Virus record (IMG/VR): IMGVR_UViG_3300032265_003789
Location: 1-64,000 of that record
Direction: 5' to 3' (one strand)
Length of the DNA: 64,000 nucleotides
DNA from: a virus
Shown here: positions 9,993 to 19,421 of the stretch, one piece after another
Layout of the letters: each line of letters begins with the position of its first letter
Position numbering within the stretch: the stretch's first letter is position 1
The notes under the pieces: model-generated
Told to the model about the DNA's origin: nothing
What the model saw: only the letters and a program-made list of their open reading frames with translations
Database searches by the model: none
Program-made: the position numbers and the translations under genes

Positions 9993-10113
9993 CACCTCCG
10001 AGGCTCAACCGAGCCTCTTTTTTTTTGCCCAAAAACTTTTTTCCAAAACCTATTGACTTTTCAGGGTATATACCCGATAATGAAGAAAGTTAAGAAATAC
10101 AGGAGATTCAATC

Positions 10114-10545
10114 ATGGAAACTAAAAAACATTTAATTAATGCAAACGTTTGGCTCGAATTGCAAAAACAAAATTTTATTTGTGCCCCAAACGAAGTTGAG
10201 TATTCCCTGCCTCCTCACGATGCCTTGCTTTTTGGAAAACACAAAGAAAATCAAAAAGCATACTACACTGCTCTCACTTGGGAAGGTGGCGGATTTTATC
10301 AACAAGGTGACTGGTTTTTATGTGATAATTGTTTTTTTTCTAGTTCATTTTTGGATATTGTGGAAGAATATAATACATTCGCATGTGAATTTGTAGGATA
10401 TCAACGCCTCCTACCATGCAGATTTTTTAGTCACACACTAGAAAACAAATTGACACAAAAACAACAAGACAAGTTAAACGAAGCTATCTCAGAGGGCAAG
10501 TTTCCTTCTCTCTCTGCCTATTTAGAGACGGAATTACTTAACTAA
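10114..10545 (+). CDS. Cassette ORF 3, hypothetical
   Basis: Own promoter, RBS and terminator; AT-rich. Confidence 0.8.
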   Translation: METKKHLINANVWLELQKQNFICAPNEVEYSLPPHDALLFGKHKENQKAYYTALTWEGGGFYQQGDWFLCDNCFFSSSFLDIVEEYNTFACEFVGYQRLLPCRFFSHTLENKLTQKQQDKLNEAISEGKFPSLSAYLETELLN

Positions 10546-10670
10546 CAAACACCCCCGAGGCTCAACCGAGCCTCTTTTTTTTTGCCCAAAAACTTTTTTT
10601 AAAAACCTATTGACTTTTCAGAGTATATACCCGACAATGAAGAAAGTTAAGAAATACAGGAGATTGAATC

Positions 10671-10970
10671 ATGACAACCGCTACTAAAACATATTTATCA
10701 GACAACCAAAAATTGGCAAATAAAGCTTTTATGCGCAATTGGAAAAAAACAGTGGGAGAGTTTTTGCCACTAATGGGGCTTAAAGGCACCACAGGTCGTT
10801 TTAAGCTAGTTTGCTTGAGTATTGATGAATATTACGTTCAATTAACCTTGAATGATTCGGGTAAGATTTGGAAAAGCAAAATATACAATAACCCAAGAGC
10901 TGCCGTTGACAAAGGCGTTACTCGGGCGATTCTGTTGCAAATGGTTGCTAGACGAAACGCAAATCCCTAA
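10671..10970 (+). CDS. Cassette ORF 4, hypothetical basic protein
   Basis: Own promoter and RBS; followed by the AGGACTC-GAAA-GAGTCCT-polyT terminator (about 10979-11001). Confidence 0.8.
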   Translation: MTTATKTYLSDNQKLANKAFMRNWKKTVGEFLPLMGLKGTTGRFKLVCLSIDEYYVQLTLNDSGKIWKSKIYNNPRAAVDKGVTRAILLQMVARRNANP

Positions 10971-11046
10971 ACCTGCCAAGGACTCGAAAGAGTCCTTTTT
11001 TGTTGCTTGATACAATAAGAAAATTAATCAAGACAACTCGCAAAAA

Positions 11047-11604
11047 ATGACTAAAATTATCTGCTTTGAGGGAATAGATGGAGTTGGGAAAACTACGCTG
11101 GCAATTAGGGTCTCTAGGGCTTGGAATGCCACTTATATTAAATGCCCTAGCGAGTATTACTACCTCAATAAAACCGATTGCGACTACACAAATGCCATGC
11201 TGCATATGGCAGATTTTTACGGGATTCAGGACAAGATAAGAGATTCTGAAAAAGTAGTATTGGATAGATATCTGCCAAGCCATCTAGCCTACGAAAAATT
11301 GAGCAACGCGCAGGTAAAAACCGACACTTGGATAAAACTAGCCACCGGGCTAATTGTGCCTGATATCACCTATTTCATGGCGATCTCGCCTGAAAAAGCT
11401 CAGCAGAGAATTATGGAGCGCGCGTGCTATAGAGGGGAACCCGTGCCCGAGATTGAGAGCCACGCTAACCAAGTAAAAGCCCTTGAAGCTTACGGTGAGG
11501 CTATAGCTAGCCTGCGACGGCTGGGTTGGAATTTCCAGACCTTGGATGCCAGCAAGTCCGTAACAGAGCTCATGGTACAGGATATGGAGCAATATTGTGT
11601 TTAG
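11047..11604 (+). CDS. tmk: Thymidylate (dTMP) kinase
   Basis: ICFEGIDGVGKTT P-loop, VVLDRY..S.LAY, PDITYF. Confidence 0.88.
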   Translation: MTKIICFEGIDGVGKTTLAIRVSRAWNATYIKCPSEYYYLNKTDCDYTNAMLHMADFYGIQDKIRDSEKVVLDRYLPSHLAYEKLSNAQVKTDTWIKLATGLIVPDITYFMAISPEKAQQRIMERACYRGEPVPEIESHANQVKALEAYGEAIASLRRLGWNFQTLDASKSVTELMVQDMEQYCV

Positions 11605-11992
11605 AAGGTTTGACGTCGCGGTGGTATATCCGCTAGGTACCAACGAAGCCCACAGCATACTAAATGACCCTAACTTGATTATTGATTTTTTGATCAATCA
11701 TCCAGAGGTACGCTATTTGCTATTGAATAAAACTTGTGATAATACTGAGCTTTTGAAGTTTTTTGATCAGGGTGTGCATGAATCTGTGGATGCTAGTGGG
11801 CTCCCAGTTTGGCGTATAGGAAAAAGGCGCAATCCTAGCAAAGTGACGCTTAGCGGTAACTTCACCCTAAATGACATGCAACTAGTAAGCTTGTTTGTCA
11901 AGCCAATACTTATAGAAAATTGCAACCTTGCCGAGGAAATAGATGATTTATATATCAAGCCGGCTTATAGATATAGAAAACCATCTAACTAG
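11597..11992 (+). CDS. Hypothetical protein
   Basis: 131-aa ORF overlapping the tmk stop. Confidence 0.55.
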   Translation: MFRRFDVAVVYPLGTNEAHSILNDPNLIIDFLINHPEVRYLLLNKTCDNTELLKFFDQGVHESVDASGLPVWRIGKRRNPSKVTLSGNFTLNDMQLVSLFVKPILIENCNLAEEIDDLYIKPAYRYRKPSN

Positions 11993-12042
11993 ATGTGCTT
12001 TGGAAGAACTGCAATAGGTTAATAAGTAATCAGTAGAAAAAT

Positions 12043-12738
12043 ATGATACCTCAAAAAAATTGGATTATCTGTGTTGAAGGTTGTGATCGCAGTGGCAAAA
12101 CTACTATTGCTAAATACATTGCAAAATTGTGGAAAGCTGAATATCTAGAATTTCCCTCACGTAAATATTATTTTTTAAAAACTAGCGACAGCGAACAAAA
12201 CAATTGTTATTTAATGGAAGATCTTTTAACAATCAATCAACGCTTAAAGGATTCGCAACGAGTGGTTATTGAGCGAGGGTTTTTGTTTTTTTGTGTGCAG
12301 CAATTTTTGCGTTCTTCCACAAATACGGACTGGGTAAACTTACGCAACATTAAAAAAACCTTGCGTACTCCTGATATTACTTTTTTATTGACAATACCCC
12401 CAGAAATTGGATATCAAAGAAAAAAAGAATTATCTGACTTTGTGCCAACATCAATTGATCCATTGTATGAACCGATGAGTTATGAGGAAAATCAAGTTTA
12501 TTTGGAAGAGTTTAAATTGTCTATTGCCCCAAAAGAAAAATATGGTTTTCACGCTCAAAAAAGTTTAGTGGGCTACCATCAAACAATGATAAATTTATTT
12601 GCTCAACCCGACACAATTTCTGGCAAAATCGATTGGAATATAACTCAAATAGATGGCAGTAATCATTTTTTTAAAAATTGTGACATTGTCTATCATCAAT
12701 TGTGCAAGCAATTTAATTATCCCCCTCACCTTACATGA
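12043..12738 (+). CDS. Second, divergent dTMP-kinase-like protein
   Basis: ICVEGCDRSGKTT, VVIERG (instead of DRY), PDITFLL; AT-rich paralog of 11047-11604. Confidence 0.75.
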   Translation: MIPQKNWIICVEGCDRSGKTTIAKYIAKLWKAEYLEFPSRKYYFLKTSDSEQNNCYLMEDLLTINQRLKDSQRVVIERGFLFFCVQQFLRSSTNTDWVNLRNIKKTLRTPDITFLLTIPPEIGYQRKKELSDFVPTSIDPLYEPMSYEENQVYLEEFKLSIAPKEKYGFHAQKSLVGYHQTMINLFAQPDTISGKIDWNITQIDGSNHFFKNCDIVYHQLCKQFNYPPHLT

Positions 12739-13197
12739 TTAGCTAGATGTGCCTTGGAAGAACTGCACGAATAGCCCCAGCTTTTGTCCCATCTGCAAAT
12801 CATAATTAAAAGCTTGGGCTGTGGGAGTGCTAAAAGCCCTCACGCTGGTTACCCTGCCTTGCTGCCCATTGATAATGGCTGTGATATCGCCTTGGGCTTG
12901 AATTGGCAGAGGGTATGTCTTGGGCTCTACTAGCCTGCCCTCAAAATACACGGTTTCAAGATCCGCACCTCGGCTCACATCAAAAGTGCCTCCGGGTATT
13001 GCCCTTTGCACAAGATACAGCGAGAGCGTAGTGGTTTGTATATCAGCGGATTCAACCACTGGGTTGCCATCAGCTTGGTAGATAATATCAATTGTGCCAG
13101 TATCTTTGGCATCTTTAAAAGTCAGGGTCGCATTAGGCAATTGATTGAGAATATCTCCCACAAATTGCGCTTCAGATTTGAGCGAAAAATCAAACAT
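12739..13197 (-). CDS. Putative head-tail joining protein
   Basis: NATLTF..GADLETVYFEGRLVEP resembles cyanobacterial prophage virion proteins; start moved to the MFDFS ATG. Confidence 0.4.
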   Translation of the reverse strand: MFDFSLKSEAQFVGDILNQLPNATLTFKDAKDTGTIDIIYQADGNPVVESADIQTTTLSLYLVQRAIPGGTFDVSRGADLETVYFEGRLVEPKTYPLPIQAQGDITAIINGQQGRVTSVRAFSTPTAQAFNYDLQMGQKLGLFVQFFQGTSS

Positions 13198-13468
13198 AAT
13201 AAATACCAGTAAAAATCTTGTGACGGCAATCCCAACCCACCGGTTCAAAGACCGGATATTGCCAGCTAATCTCGCTTATTGCTAGAGTTTGGCTATCTAG
13301 TTTGATTCCCTTAAAGCAAGCCATCAAACCCAATTTAAAAAAGATATTCTCTGGCAAAATATTAAACGCGCCATGGTAAATTTTGCTGCAACTTGCAATT
13401 TCAATAGTTTGATTTTGTAAATTAATATCTTTGATAGTACCGCTTAAAAATAGCATGATCTGCGCCAT
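13190..13468 (-). CDS. Hypothetical protein
   Basis: 92-aa ORF, co-oriented with neighbours. Confidence 0.5.
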   Translation of the reverse strand: MAQIMLFLSGTIKDINLQNQTIEIASCSKIYHGAFNILPENIFFKLGLMACFKGIKLDSQTLAISEISWQYPVFEPVGWDCRHKIFTGIYYV

Positions 13469-13503
13469 AACTTATTTCTAAATCCTACCAAAGATATTAT
13501 TAT

Positions 13504-14322
13504 TTAAAATTCGACTAAACCTTTAGCCTCTAAGCGTTTTAGCAAAGCTGCGCATCCCAATTGCTCATCTACAGCAGATGGGCTATAGCGTCCATCTTCT
13601 ACGTATTTGCCGCGGGAATACTGGTTAGTACCTGCCCAAACATATGGACTATTAATTTCTGGATGGTACTCCATATAGCCTGTGCCGTTGTAGCGCTCTA
13701 TTTTTTCTAAAGTATTGGCAATAGACCAATTGCGGTTATTGGCTATCCCGTTTTCTTGTAGAGCATCAATCGCGCTTTCGTACCACTTATAGGGAGGCTT
13801 GCCCCAAGTGGGTCTACCTGCTGGCACGTGGACTGTTCTAGCGCTGAGAGGATCCCCATTGTGCAGATGGCAGGTGAAATCACAATCGCTCTCTCTAGAG
13901 TGCAATACAGCTACCACGTACCAAGGCACTCTGGTTACCTTTTCGACCGCATCATAAAATCCTTTGTTGGGTATAAATTTACGGTTAATCACCCAGTCGC
14001 AATCATCAATCTTGTCGCTATTGACAGAGCAGGCATTCCACAAATTGGTATAGCCATCTGCTAGGGGGGAAACTACCCTAGGCTCGGCTTTTAAGAGTAA
14101 GTCAAGGCTACCTGGTCCGCATATATCAAAGCTTGCCTGGCAATGATCCAATTTAAAGTGCTTCCAAGCCTCTGCTGTATTGGTGCCGTAAACGCCATCT
14201 ACAGCATCAAAATAATAGTTTAAATTTTTGAGCTTTTGCTGGAGCTCAATCAAAAATTCATTATCAGCTTTGGGCAATGGAAAGGCTATCTTTTCAGCAA
14301 TTATTTGTGCAATAGTTGTCAT
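13504..14322 (-). CDS. Endolysin: peptidoglycan-binding domain plus lysozyme-family domain
   Basis: LQQKL..L.YY...VDGVYG.NT..A...F (PG_binding_1); VPWYVVAVLHSRES, HLHNGDPL, ERYNG.GY, SPYVWAGT. Confidence 0.88.
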   Translation of the reverse strand: MTTIAQIIAEKIAFPLPKADNEFLIELQQKLKNLNYYFDAVDGVYGTNTAEAWKHFKLDHCQASFDICGPGSLDLLLKAEPRVVSPLADGYTNLWNACSVNSDKIDDCDWVINRKFIPNKGFYDAVEKVTRVPWYVVAVLHSRESDCDFTCHLHNGDPLSARTVHVPAGRPTWGKPPYKWYESAIDALQENGIANNRNWSIANTLEKIERYNGTGYMEYHPEINSPYVWAGTNQYSRGKYVEDGRYSPSAVDEQLGCAALLKRLEAKGLVEF

Positions 14323-14392
14323 AGCAGTAAGTTATTACTAAAATTTAAATGTATGTATACTAATAATATTAATATATTTACTTTTTATTCCA

Positions 14393-14695
14393 GTGAACTA
14401 CGAATTCATTACCCTACTCCTTTCGATTCTAGGAGGTGGCTTTACTCTCAGTAATAGCTTATCCAAACAGATTGAACAGCAAAATATCCGAATTGAAAGG
14501 CTTTATGAAGTTTCGCAGCAAAACTGGAACGCTATTACGAAAATCACTAATTACCTAGAAGTGACTCAGGTTAAGCTTTCCGCGGTAGAAAAGGATATAT
14601 CTCAAATTGAAACTGACCTGCATTTTATTAAAGCCAATTCAAACGGGCATGAGCCTAGCGTGATTTACCCCAAAAACAATGATCCCTCAAGCTAA
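14393..14695 (+). CDS. Membrane-anchored coiled-coil protein (holin-like candidate)
   Basis: N-terminal TM helix then coiled coil; divergent from the endolysin. Confidence 0.4.
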   Translation: MNYEFITLLLSILGGGFTLSNSLSKQIEQQNIRIERLYEVSQQNWNAITKITNYLEVTQVKLSAVEKDISQIETDLHFIKANSNGHEPSVIYPKNNDPSS

Positions 14696-15953
14696 AAAAC
14701 AGCTAAGTATATTTGATGTCATGCCCACCGGCGCTCAGCCTCCGGTGCAAGGCTCCCAGCGTCCACTAAGCCAGATATACGCTAGTGTATTGAGGGCATA
14801 CGATACCGAGATCCCGGAATCTAGCGTAAGAGATCCCAACAAAGGCAAGGAGCTAATCGAGCTAGTAAATTGGTGCTACGAGGCTAGACACTGCCTAGCT
14901 GCTGCCATAGATGATACTTTCGCTAGTGCAGATGGCGATGACATGGGCTGGCAAATTGGCGAATTTATTGACCGCAACAAAACCGAAGCAATCAACCCAG
15001 AGACAAAAGCTATACTAAATGATTTAGTAAGTCGCAAAGAGTCAATTGACCAATGGGTCATCGGTGGCGACAAATTGGAAAAAGCCCAAAAGCAATTTTT
15101 AGGATATGGCGACAGCTTTTTAGAAATTGGGGTAGAGAAAGATGGGAGCACTTACGGGGTTTCTAACTTGCTGTATCTGCCTACTTGGGAGATTTTCAGG
15201 CGTGAATCAGACCAAGGAATTCTAGAGGGATTTGACCAGAGACGCTTTATGAGCTCGCGCGGTGCTGATGCGGAATTTGACGCTTGCCAGATAGTGCACC
15301 TGCGACACGATAGACAATTCCTTTATGGTCAATCAGTCTTTGCTCAATCGCTCCAAGCATGGGGTAATCTTAAGGCTGCTATTTTGGCTCTAGCGCAGGC
15401 TGCCACGGCTTTAGGTGTGAACCCAACTTTGCATATCTTACCCCCTGAGTTTGACGAGCAGGATCGCCAAATTTATATACAGAGTTACCAAAACCGCCAG
15501 CTAGATGGAATTATTACAGATTTGTTTTTATTCAATAATACAGAGCTTAAAAAGCTCCAAAGCGACTTTCCAAATCTAGGGAGCTTGATTGATACTTGCA
15601 ATTACTGGAAATATCAGATAATACCGGCTGGTTTTCCAGTGTGGTTTTTCCCTGGGCTAGATAATACCGGTGCTAGGGATATTGCCGGAGAGCCTGCTCG
15701 TAAGTATGGCAGGATGCGCCAATCTTGGTGCTCAATCCTATCCAAGGCGATCAAGCAGGTTTGCGATACTGAACTAGTATTGCGCAAGGGCTACGATTGG
15801 TATCTAGAAAATGGGCGCTACAGGATAGAGTGGCCCATCTGGGATATACAACAAACTGGATTAATTAACGAAGGAGCACAACCAAATGAGCAGCAATCCA
15901 ATATTGAACCAGCAGAGCAGCAACGAAGACGAAGGCTTGGACTCGTTTCATAA
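14679..15953 (+). CDS. Portal protein
   Basis: 424 aa; FLGYGDSFLEI, QIVHLRH...LYGQS motifs; precedes the head morphogenesis gene. Confidence 0.85.
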   Translation: MIPQAKKQLSIFDVMPTGAQPPVQGSQRPLSQIYASVLRAYDTEIPESSVRDPNKGKELIELVNWCYEARHCLAAAIDDTFASADGDDMGWQIGEFIDRNKTEAINPETKAILNDLVSRKESIDQWVIGGDKLEKAQKQFLGYGDSFLEIGVEKDGSTYGVSNLLYLPTWEIFRRESDQGILEGFDQRRFMSSRGADAEFDACQIVHLRHDRQFLYGQSVFAQSLQAWGNLKAAILALAQAATALGVNPTLHILPPEFDEQDRQIYIQSYQNRQLDGIITDLFLFNNTELKKLQSDFPNLGSLIDTCNYWKYQIIPAGFPVWFFPGLDNTGARDIAGEPARKYGRMRQSWCSILSKAIKQVCDTELVLRKGYDWYLENGRYRIEWPIWDIQQTGLINEGAQPNEQQSNIEPAEQQRRRRLGLVS

Positions 15954-16080
15954 TTTGAGCGCCAAATCTAAACTGACTCCAGATGTGATAGCCGAAGCGC
16001 TCAAAGCTTGGCAGCAACACGCTCCGGATGAATTTAAAAACCTTGTAGAAGCTGAGATTGAGGCAGATGGCAAGCCCTAA
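15886..16080 (+). CDS. Small hypothetical protein (start uncertain)
   Basis: Bridges portal and the next gene; IAEALKAWQQHAPDEFKNLVEAE. Confidence 0.5.
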   Translation: MSSNPILNQQSSNEDEGLDSFHNLSAKSKLTPDVIAEALKAWQQHAPDEFKNLVEAEIEADGKP

Positions 16081-16762
16081 CTTCTCTTTCAACAAACGCA
16101 CCCAGCGCTACCACTACACAGATGGCAACAAGAAAGGACAGTTTGTTGCTACCTCGAAAGTGCGAGATGCCACTCAGAATTTTATCGATAGCTACAAGGG
16201 TACTTTTGCCCAGATAAACCAAGATTTTAGCTCTGGCAAAATCCCTATTGCAGCCTGGGAAAACAAATTGGCAGATGCGATCAGGGAAGTCACAGTCTGT
16301 TCATACAAAGTTGCCAATCCCACCGCTACAGCTTCAGATTGGGCAAACGTAGGGCGCCATTTGCAAAAGCAATATACTTTCTTGCGCAATTTCACTCGAG
16401 AGGTACACGCTGGCAAGCTTTCAGACGCTCAAATTCAGGCTAGGGCTAATCAGTATTTACAAGCTGCCCATACTGTTTTCAATAATGCCACTAGGGACTC
16501 TTATGCAGACGCTGGATATAAGTGGGAGCGCAGGTTACTAAGCTCTAAAGAACCATGCTTTGATTGCCCAAAATACGCAGAGGCTGGCTGGCAACCGATG
16601 GGCTCCTTGCCAGCAGTTGGCGAGAAATGCGAGTGCCGCTCTCATTGCCGGTGCTACTTTGAATTTAGCCAGAGCTATACTATGCCTAAAGAACGTTTGC
16701 TCTATAATAGTTTAGATATACTTATAGAACAAATTTATGATAAATCCAGATACTTTAAATAA
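16067..16762 (+). CDS. Head morphogenesis / minor capsid protein (Mu gpF / SPP1 gp7-like)
   Basis: C-terminal CFDC...CECRSHCRC; position after portal. Confidence 0.75.
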   Translation: MASPNFSFNKRTQRYHYTDGNKKGQFVATSKVRDATQNFIDSYKGTFAQINQDFSSGKIPIAAWENKLADAIREVTVCSYKVANPTATASDWANVGRHLQKQYTFLRNFTREVHAGKLSDAQIQARANQYLQAAHTVFNNATRDSYADAGYKWERRLLSSKEPCFDCPKYAEAGWQPMGSLPAVGEKCECRSHCRCYFEFSQSYTMPKERLLYNSLDILIEQIYDKSRYFK

Positions 16763-17414
16763 AATTAATAGCTACAGGCCGCATGGCCACCCAGAATATA
16801 GCGATTCTGACGTGAGCACTTTTCACATTTTAGCCAGTAATAACCTCCTGCATTCAGATTTATTTCGCTGGGATTTGCCAAGCCTTAAGCAGATGGCCCG
16901 CACTTACCCTGGTAAACCCCTGATGCTGGATCATGATTGGGAGGATGTGCTTAAGCAATGCGGTTTTGTGTATGATGCTACCTTGCTGCATTATGCCAAT
17001 CCATCACCTGAGCTTAAAGAACATATGCTCTCTCACTCACCTAGACCTGAGATTGACAGCAAGACTCTAGAGCAAGAGGGACTGTATCAGTTAATGTGCC
17101 ACGTTGCTACAGAAACCTCTCACCCTATTACTAACGATCTGCACTACAACAGGAAAGTAAACGCTTCTATTGGTGGCTTTAGCACTGGAGAAACTTACTG
17201 CCCAATTTGTGATACAAGCTTTGAGGATGATAACTGTCCGCACTACTTGCCAGTAGGCAAGATCCACGGCAATGTAAAAGCTGAAAATATAGCTCCCTAT
17301 TGGATTCGTGGAGGCTACCTCAATACTGTGGAGCTCTCTCTGGTAATGGCAGGCAATTGCCCCAGCGCCAGAGTGCTCAATAGCTCTATTGCCCAGAAGA
17401 TGTGCCTGAGCTAG
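16737..17414 (+). CDS. Prohead protease-like protein
   Basis: GKPLMLDHDW, ASIGG, CPIC..CPH, ELSLV.AG. Confidence 0.7.
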   Translation: MINPDTLNKINSYRPHGHPEYSDSDVSTFHILASNNLLHSDLFRWDLPSLKQMARTYPGKPLMLDHDWEDVLKQCGFVYDATLLHYANPSPELKEHMLSHSPRPEIDSKTLEQEGLYQLMCHVATETSHPITNDLHYNRKVNASIGGFSTGETYCPICDTSFEDDNCPHYLPVGKIHGNVKAENIAPYWIRGGYLNTVELSLVMAGNCPSARVLNSSIAQKMCLS

Positions 17415-17727
17415 CAGCCCATAACTTCGGCTTGCCTCGCACTTGCTTTTCTTCACACTTGATAGCTACTCCATTGGCTTGGAGTATCCGCAAGTAGATA
17501 TGAATGTGCGAGATTTGACCTGGCAATGTCGCTAATCCTCTGGCTTGCTCAGTGCGCTTGGCAATTTCAGCGCTGGTAATAAAGTTTTCATCCAGTACTG
17601 ACCAATAACATATGGCTTTGTAGGTAGCCTGGTATATTGCTTTTTCTGGCACAATAAGCGCAATCCCTTGGTTGATAAGCTCGGCTGCTGCTGCAATTTG
17701 CAGCTCTTCTGATTGTGATAATCCCAT
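17386..17727 (-). CDS. Putative wHTH-like DNA-binding protein (single-domain paralog of 6890-7552)
   Basis: AELINQGIALI..KA...TYKAI.YWSVL aligns with AELLRDGIDLL..KA...AQKAL.IYSLL. Confidence 0.55.
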   Translation of the reverse strand: MGLSQSEELQIAAAAELINQGIALIVPEKAIYQATYKAICYWSVLDENFITSAEIAKRTEQARGLATLPGQISHIHIYLRILQANGVAIKCEEKQVRGKPKLWAASSGTSSGQ

Positions 17728-17784
17728 GTAATTTCTCCTTGTAGGTATTATAAAACCCCTCGCTAGTGGAGGGGTTTTTGGTAT

Positions 17785-18084
17785 TTAGTTGTAGATGGCG
17801 ATTTGAGCTTTAATCGATTCGATCTCTTCGTCTTTTACGACAAAAGCGTCAATCATTTCCGCTTTCCTAGGATCCAATTGTCTAGCGCGGGCTGCTGCAT
17901 GGTAGCTGAGGTGCCCTGCGACAACCTCGAGCGATTCGATGTGAATCTGCTTGAGGATGATGGGTCGAACTAGCCCTCCATGCTGCAAAATACTTTTGGC
18001 TAATTCCTCAATATCGGTTTTAGAAAACTCGGTAGCAGGAACAACGGAAAAAATGTCTTTGATATCGACAAGAGCGTAACGCAT
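17785..18084 (-). CDS. ParB/Srx-like N-terminal domain protein, cyanobacterial type
   Basis: IEELAKSILQHGGLVRPIIL..EVVAGHL.YHAAARA..LDPRKAEMI; own promoter and terminator. Confidence 0.75.
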   Translation of the reverse strand: MRYALVDIKDIFSVVPATEFSKTDIEELAKSILQHGGLVRPIILKQIHIESLEVVAGHLSYHAAARARQLDPRKAEMIDAFVVKDEEIESIKAQIAIYN

Positions 18085-18149
18085 GATGTGGTCTCCTAAT
18101 TGTTAAGGTACGGGCGCGGGTGGGGCGTGAGGCATTTCCTCTTTCACCT

Positions 18150-18523
18150 GTATATACATTATCGGATATATTTCCTAGAAGATCAATAGGTATTTATACC
18201 TAATTTTGAATATTTTTTTATAGGATATCTTATGTATTTTCAAATATTTTAAGATTTTGCTTATATATTGTAATGACTGTATTGGTACATAGCAACAGAT
18301 ATACAAAATCCTGATGAGTTTTAGCAAAATCGACAGAATATCTTATGTATTTTTCGGGTATCCGTACGTTTATCAATACAATTATCGCTATACATAAGTA
18401 AAATCGCAAAATATTCAAAAACATATAAGAAAGTTTATAGGAAAATACCCAAAATTAAGTATAAATACCTATTGATCTTTTAGGGAATATATCCGATAAT
18501 ATATATATTAGCCCGATAAGGAG
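18150..18523. promoter_or_regulatory. Divergent pair of palindrome-containing promoters with one repeat unit between them
   Basis: Palindromes at 18187-18202 (-) and 18456-18471 (+); about 18299-18523 matches the distal part of 6143-6616. Confidence 0.85.
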
Positions 18524-18531
18524 ATTGTCCC

Positions 18532-18693
18532 ATGTTTACCGCACCTGAAGAAATCCTAGACCTCGCTCAGCAAGAACAAGTAGCCCGCACTGCCCGTCGT
18601 CTCAAAGGCGAGCCCGAGCCACAAGCTCCTGACTTGGGTAGCGCCCAAGCTTCCATCAGGGAGCTCAAAGCCAGAGGGTGGTGGCCCCGCTAA
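18532..18693 (+). CDS. 53-aa micro-protein (MFTAPEEILD...RGWWPR), not in ORF track
   Basis: AAGGAG RBS, conserved promoter upstream, CCCCCGAAAGGGGG-polyT terminator downstream. Confidence 0.75.
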   Translation: MFTAPEEILDLAQQEQVARTARRLKGEPEPQAPDLGSAQASIRELKARGWWPR

Positions 18694-18728
18694 CCACCTC
18701 CTCCCCCGAAAGGGGGATTTTTTTTTGT

Positions 18729-19190
18729 CTATTTGGAAAAATACGGAGAAGATTCAATGTACCCCCAGACGTATGGGTAATGCTCTGCTATCTCCTGCTG
18801 TAGCAACTCTAGGAGCTCTCTGTTAAATTGTGCCAGCGCCGCGTCAATTTGCCTGCGGTATTCCCGCTTTAAATCTTGATGGAATCCGTTGCCGGCGAAG
18901 CGCTTATCCCAACTGCCTGTATCTATCGAGTACATTCTCTGGCAACCGCGCTGACTATGATCGCTCTTGACGTATACCAGAGCGCCATGAGCTCTAACTA
19001 GTGCTGATTGCAACTTGTTAATTGAGCTAAGGCTTTGCTCAAATCTGCTTTCCGGCACTCTAGTATCAGCCTGCCACAAAATCCTAGTAAGTAGCTGCTC
19101 TCTACGATTGAGCGCTCTAGATGGATGGGTTACTAGGGGAGCTATTAATATCAAATCGTCAAGGTCAGCCTTAAATAGTTCAATCGACAT
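18729..19190 (-). CDS. Hypothetical protein
   Basis: 153-aa ORF. Confidence 0.6.
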   Translation of the reverse strand: MSIELFKADLDDLILIAPLVTHPSRALNRREQLLTRILWQADTRVPESRFEQSLSSINKLQSALVRAHGALVYVKSDHSQRGCQRMYSIDTGSWDKRFAGNGFHQDLKREYRRQIDAALAQFNRELLELLQQEIAEHYPYVWGYIESSPYFSK

Positions 19191-19421
19191 GGTTTAGTTG
19201 TTCTCGTTGCAGTATTTCTAATTTAATAATAATTCTACCCCTAAAGTGCGCTCTAGGGGTTTTTCTGTTGCCGGCAAAACAACTGGCTTTTGTAAAAGAT
19301 TGCTAGGCAATAGCTCTAGTTGCTATTAGTAACTATATGCTTAGGTACGTATTAAATACAATTAATACGTATTTATGGTATAAATGTAGTTAGTAATAAT
19401 ATATCAACTGGAGTATATATA

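Larger units (their letters stand above)
9487..10670 (+). repeat. Three copies of an approximately 120-bp terminator+promoter+RBS unit (9487-9605, about 9996-10113, 10552-10670) separating cassette ORFs
   Basis: GAGGCTC-N4-GAGCCTC-polyT, then TTGACTTTTCAG..TATATACCCGA(T/C)AAT..AGAAAGTTAAGAAATA.AGGAGAT. Confidence 0.95.

Noticed and set aside
9487-10670. True integron attC array
   Set aside because: No attC R/L box structure or IntI-type integrase; each repeat carries its own promoter.
18230-18424. 64-aa minus-strand ORF
   Set aside because: Lies within the non-coding repeat/promoter element.
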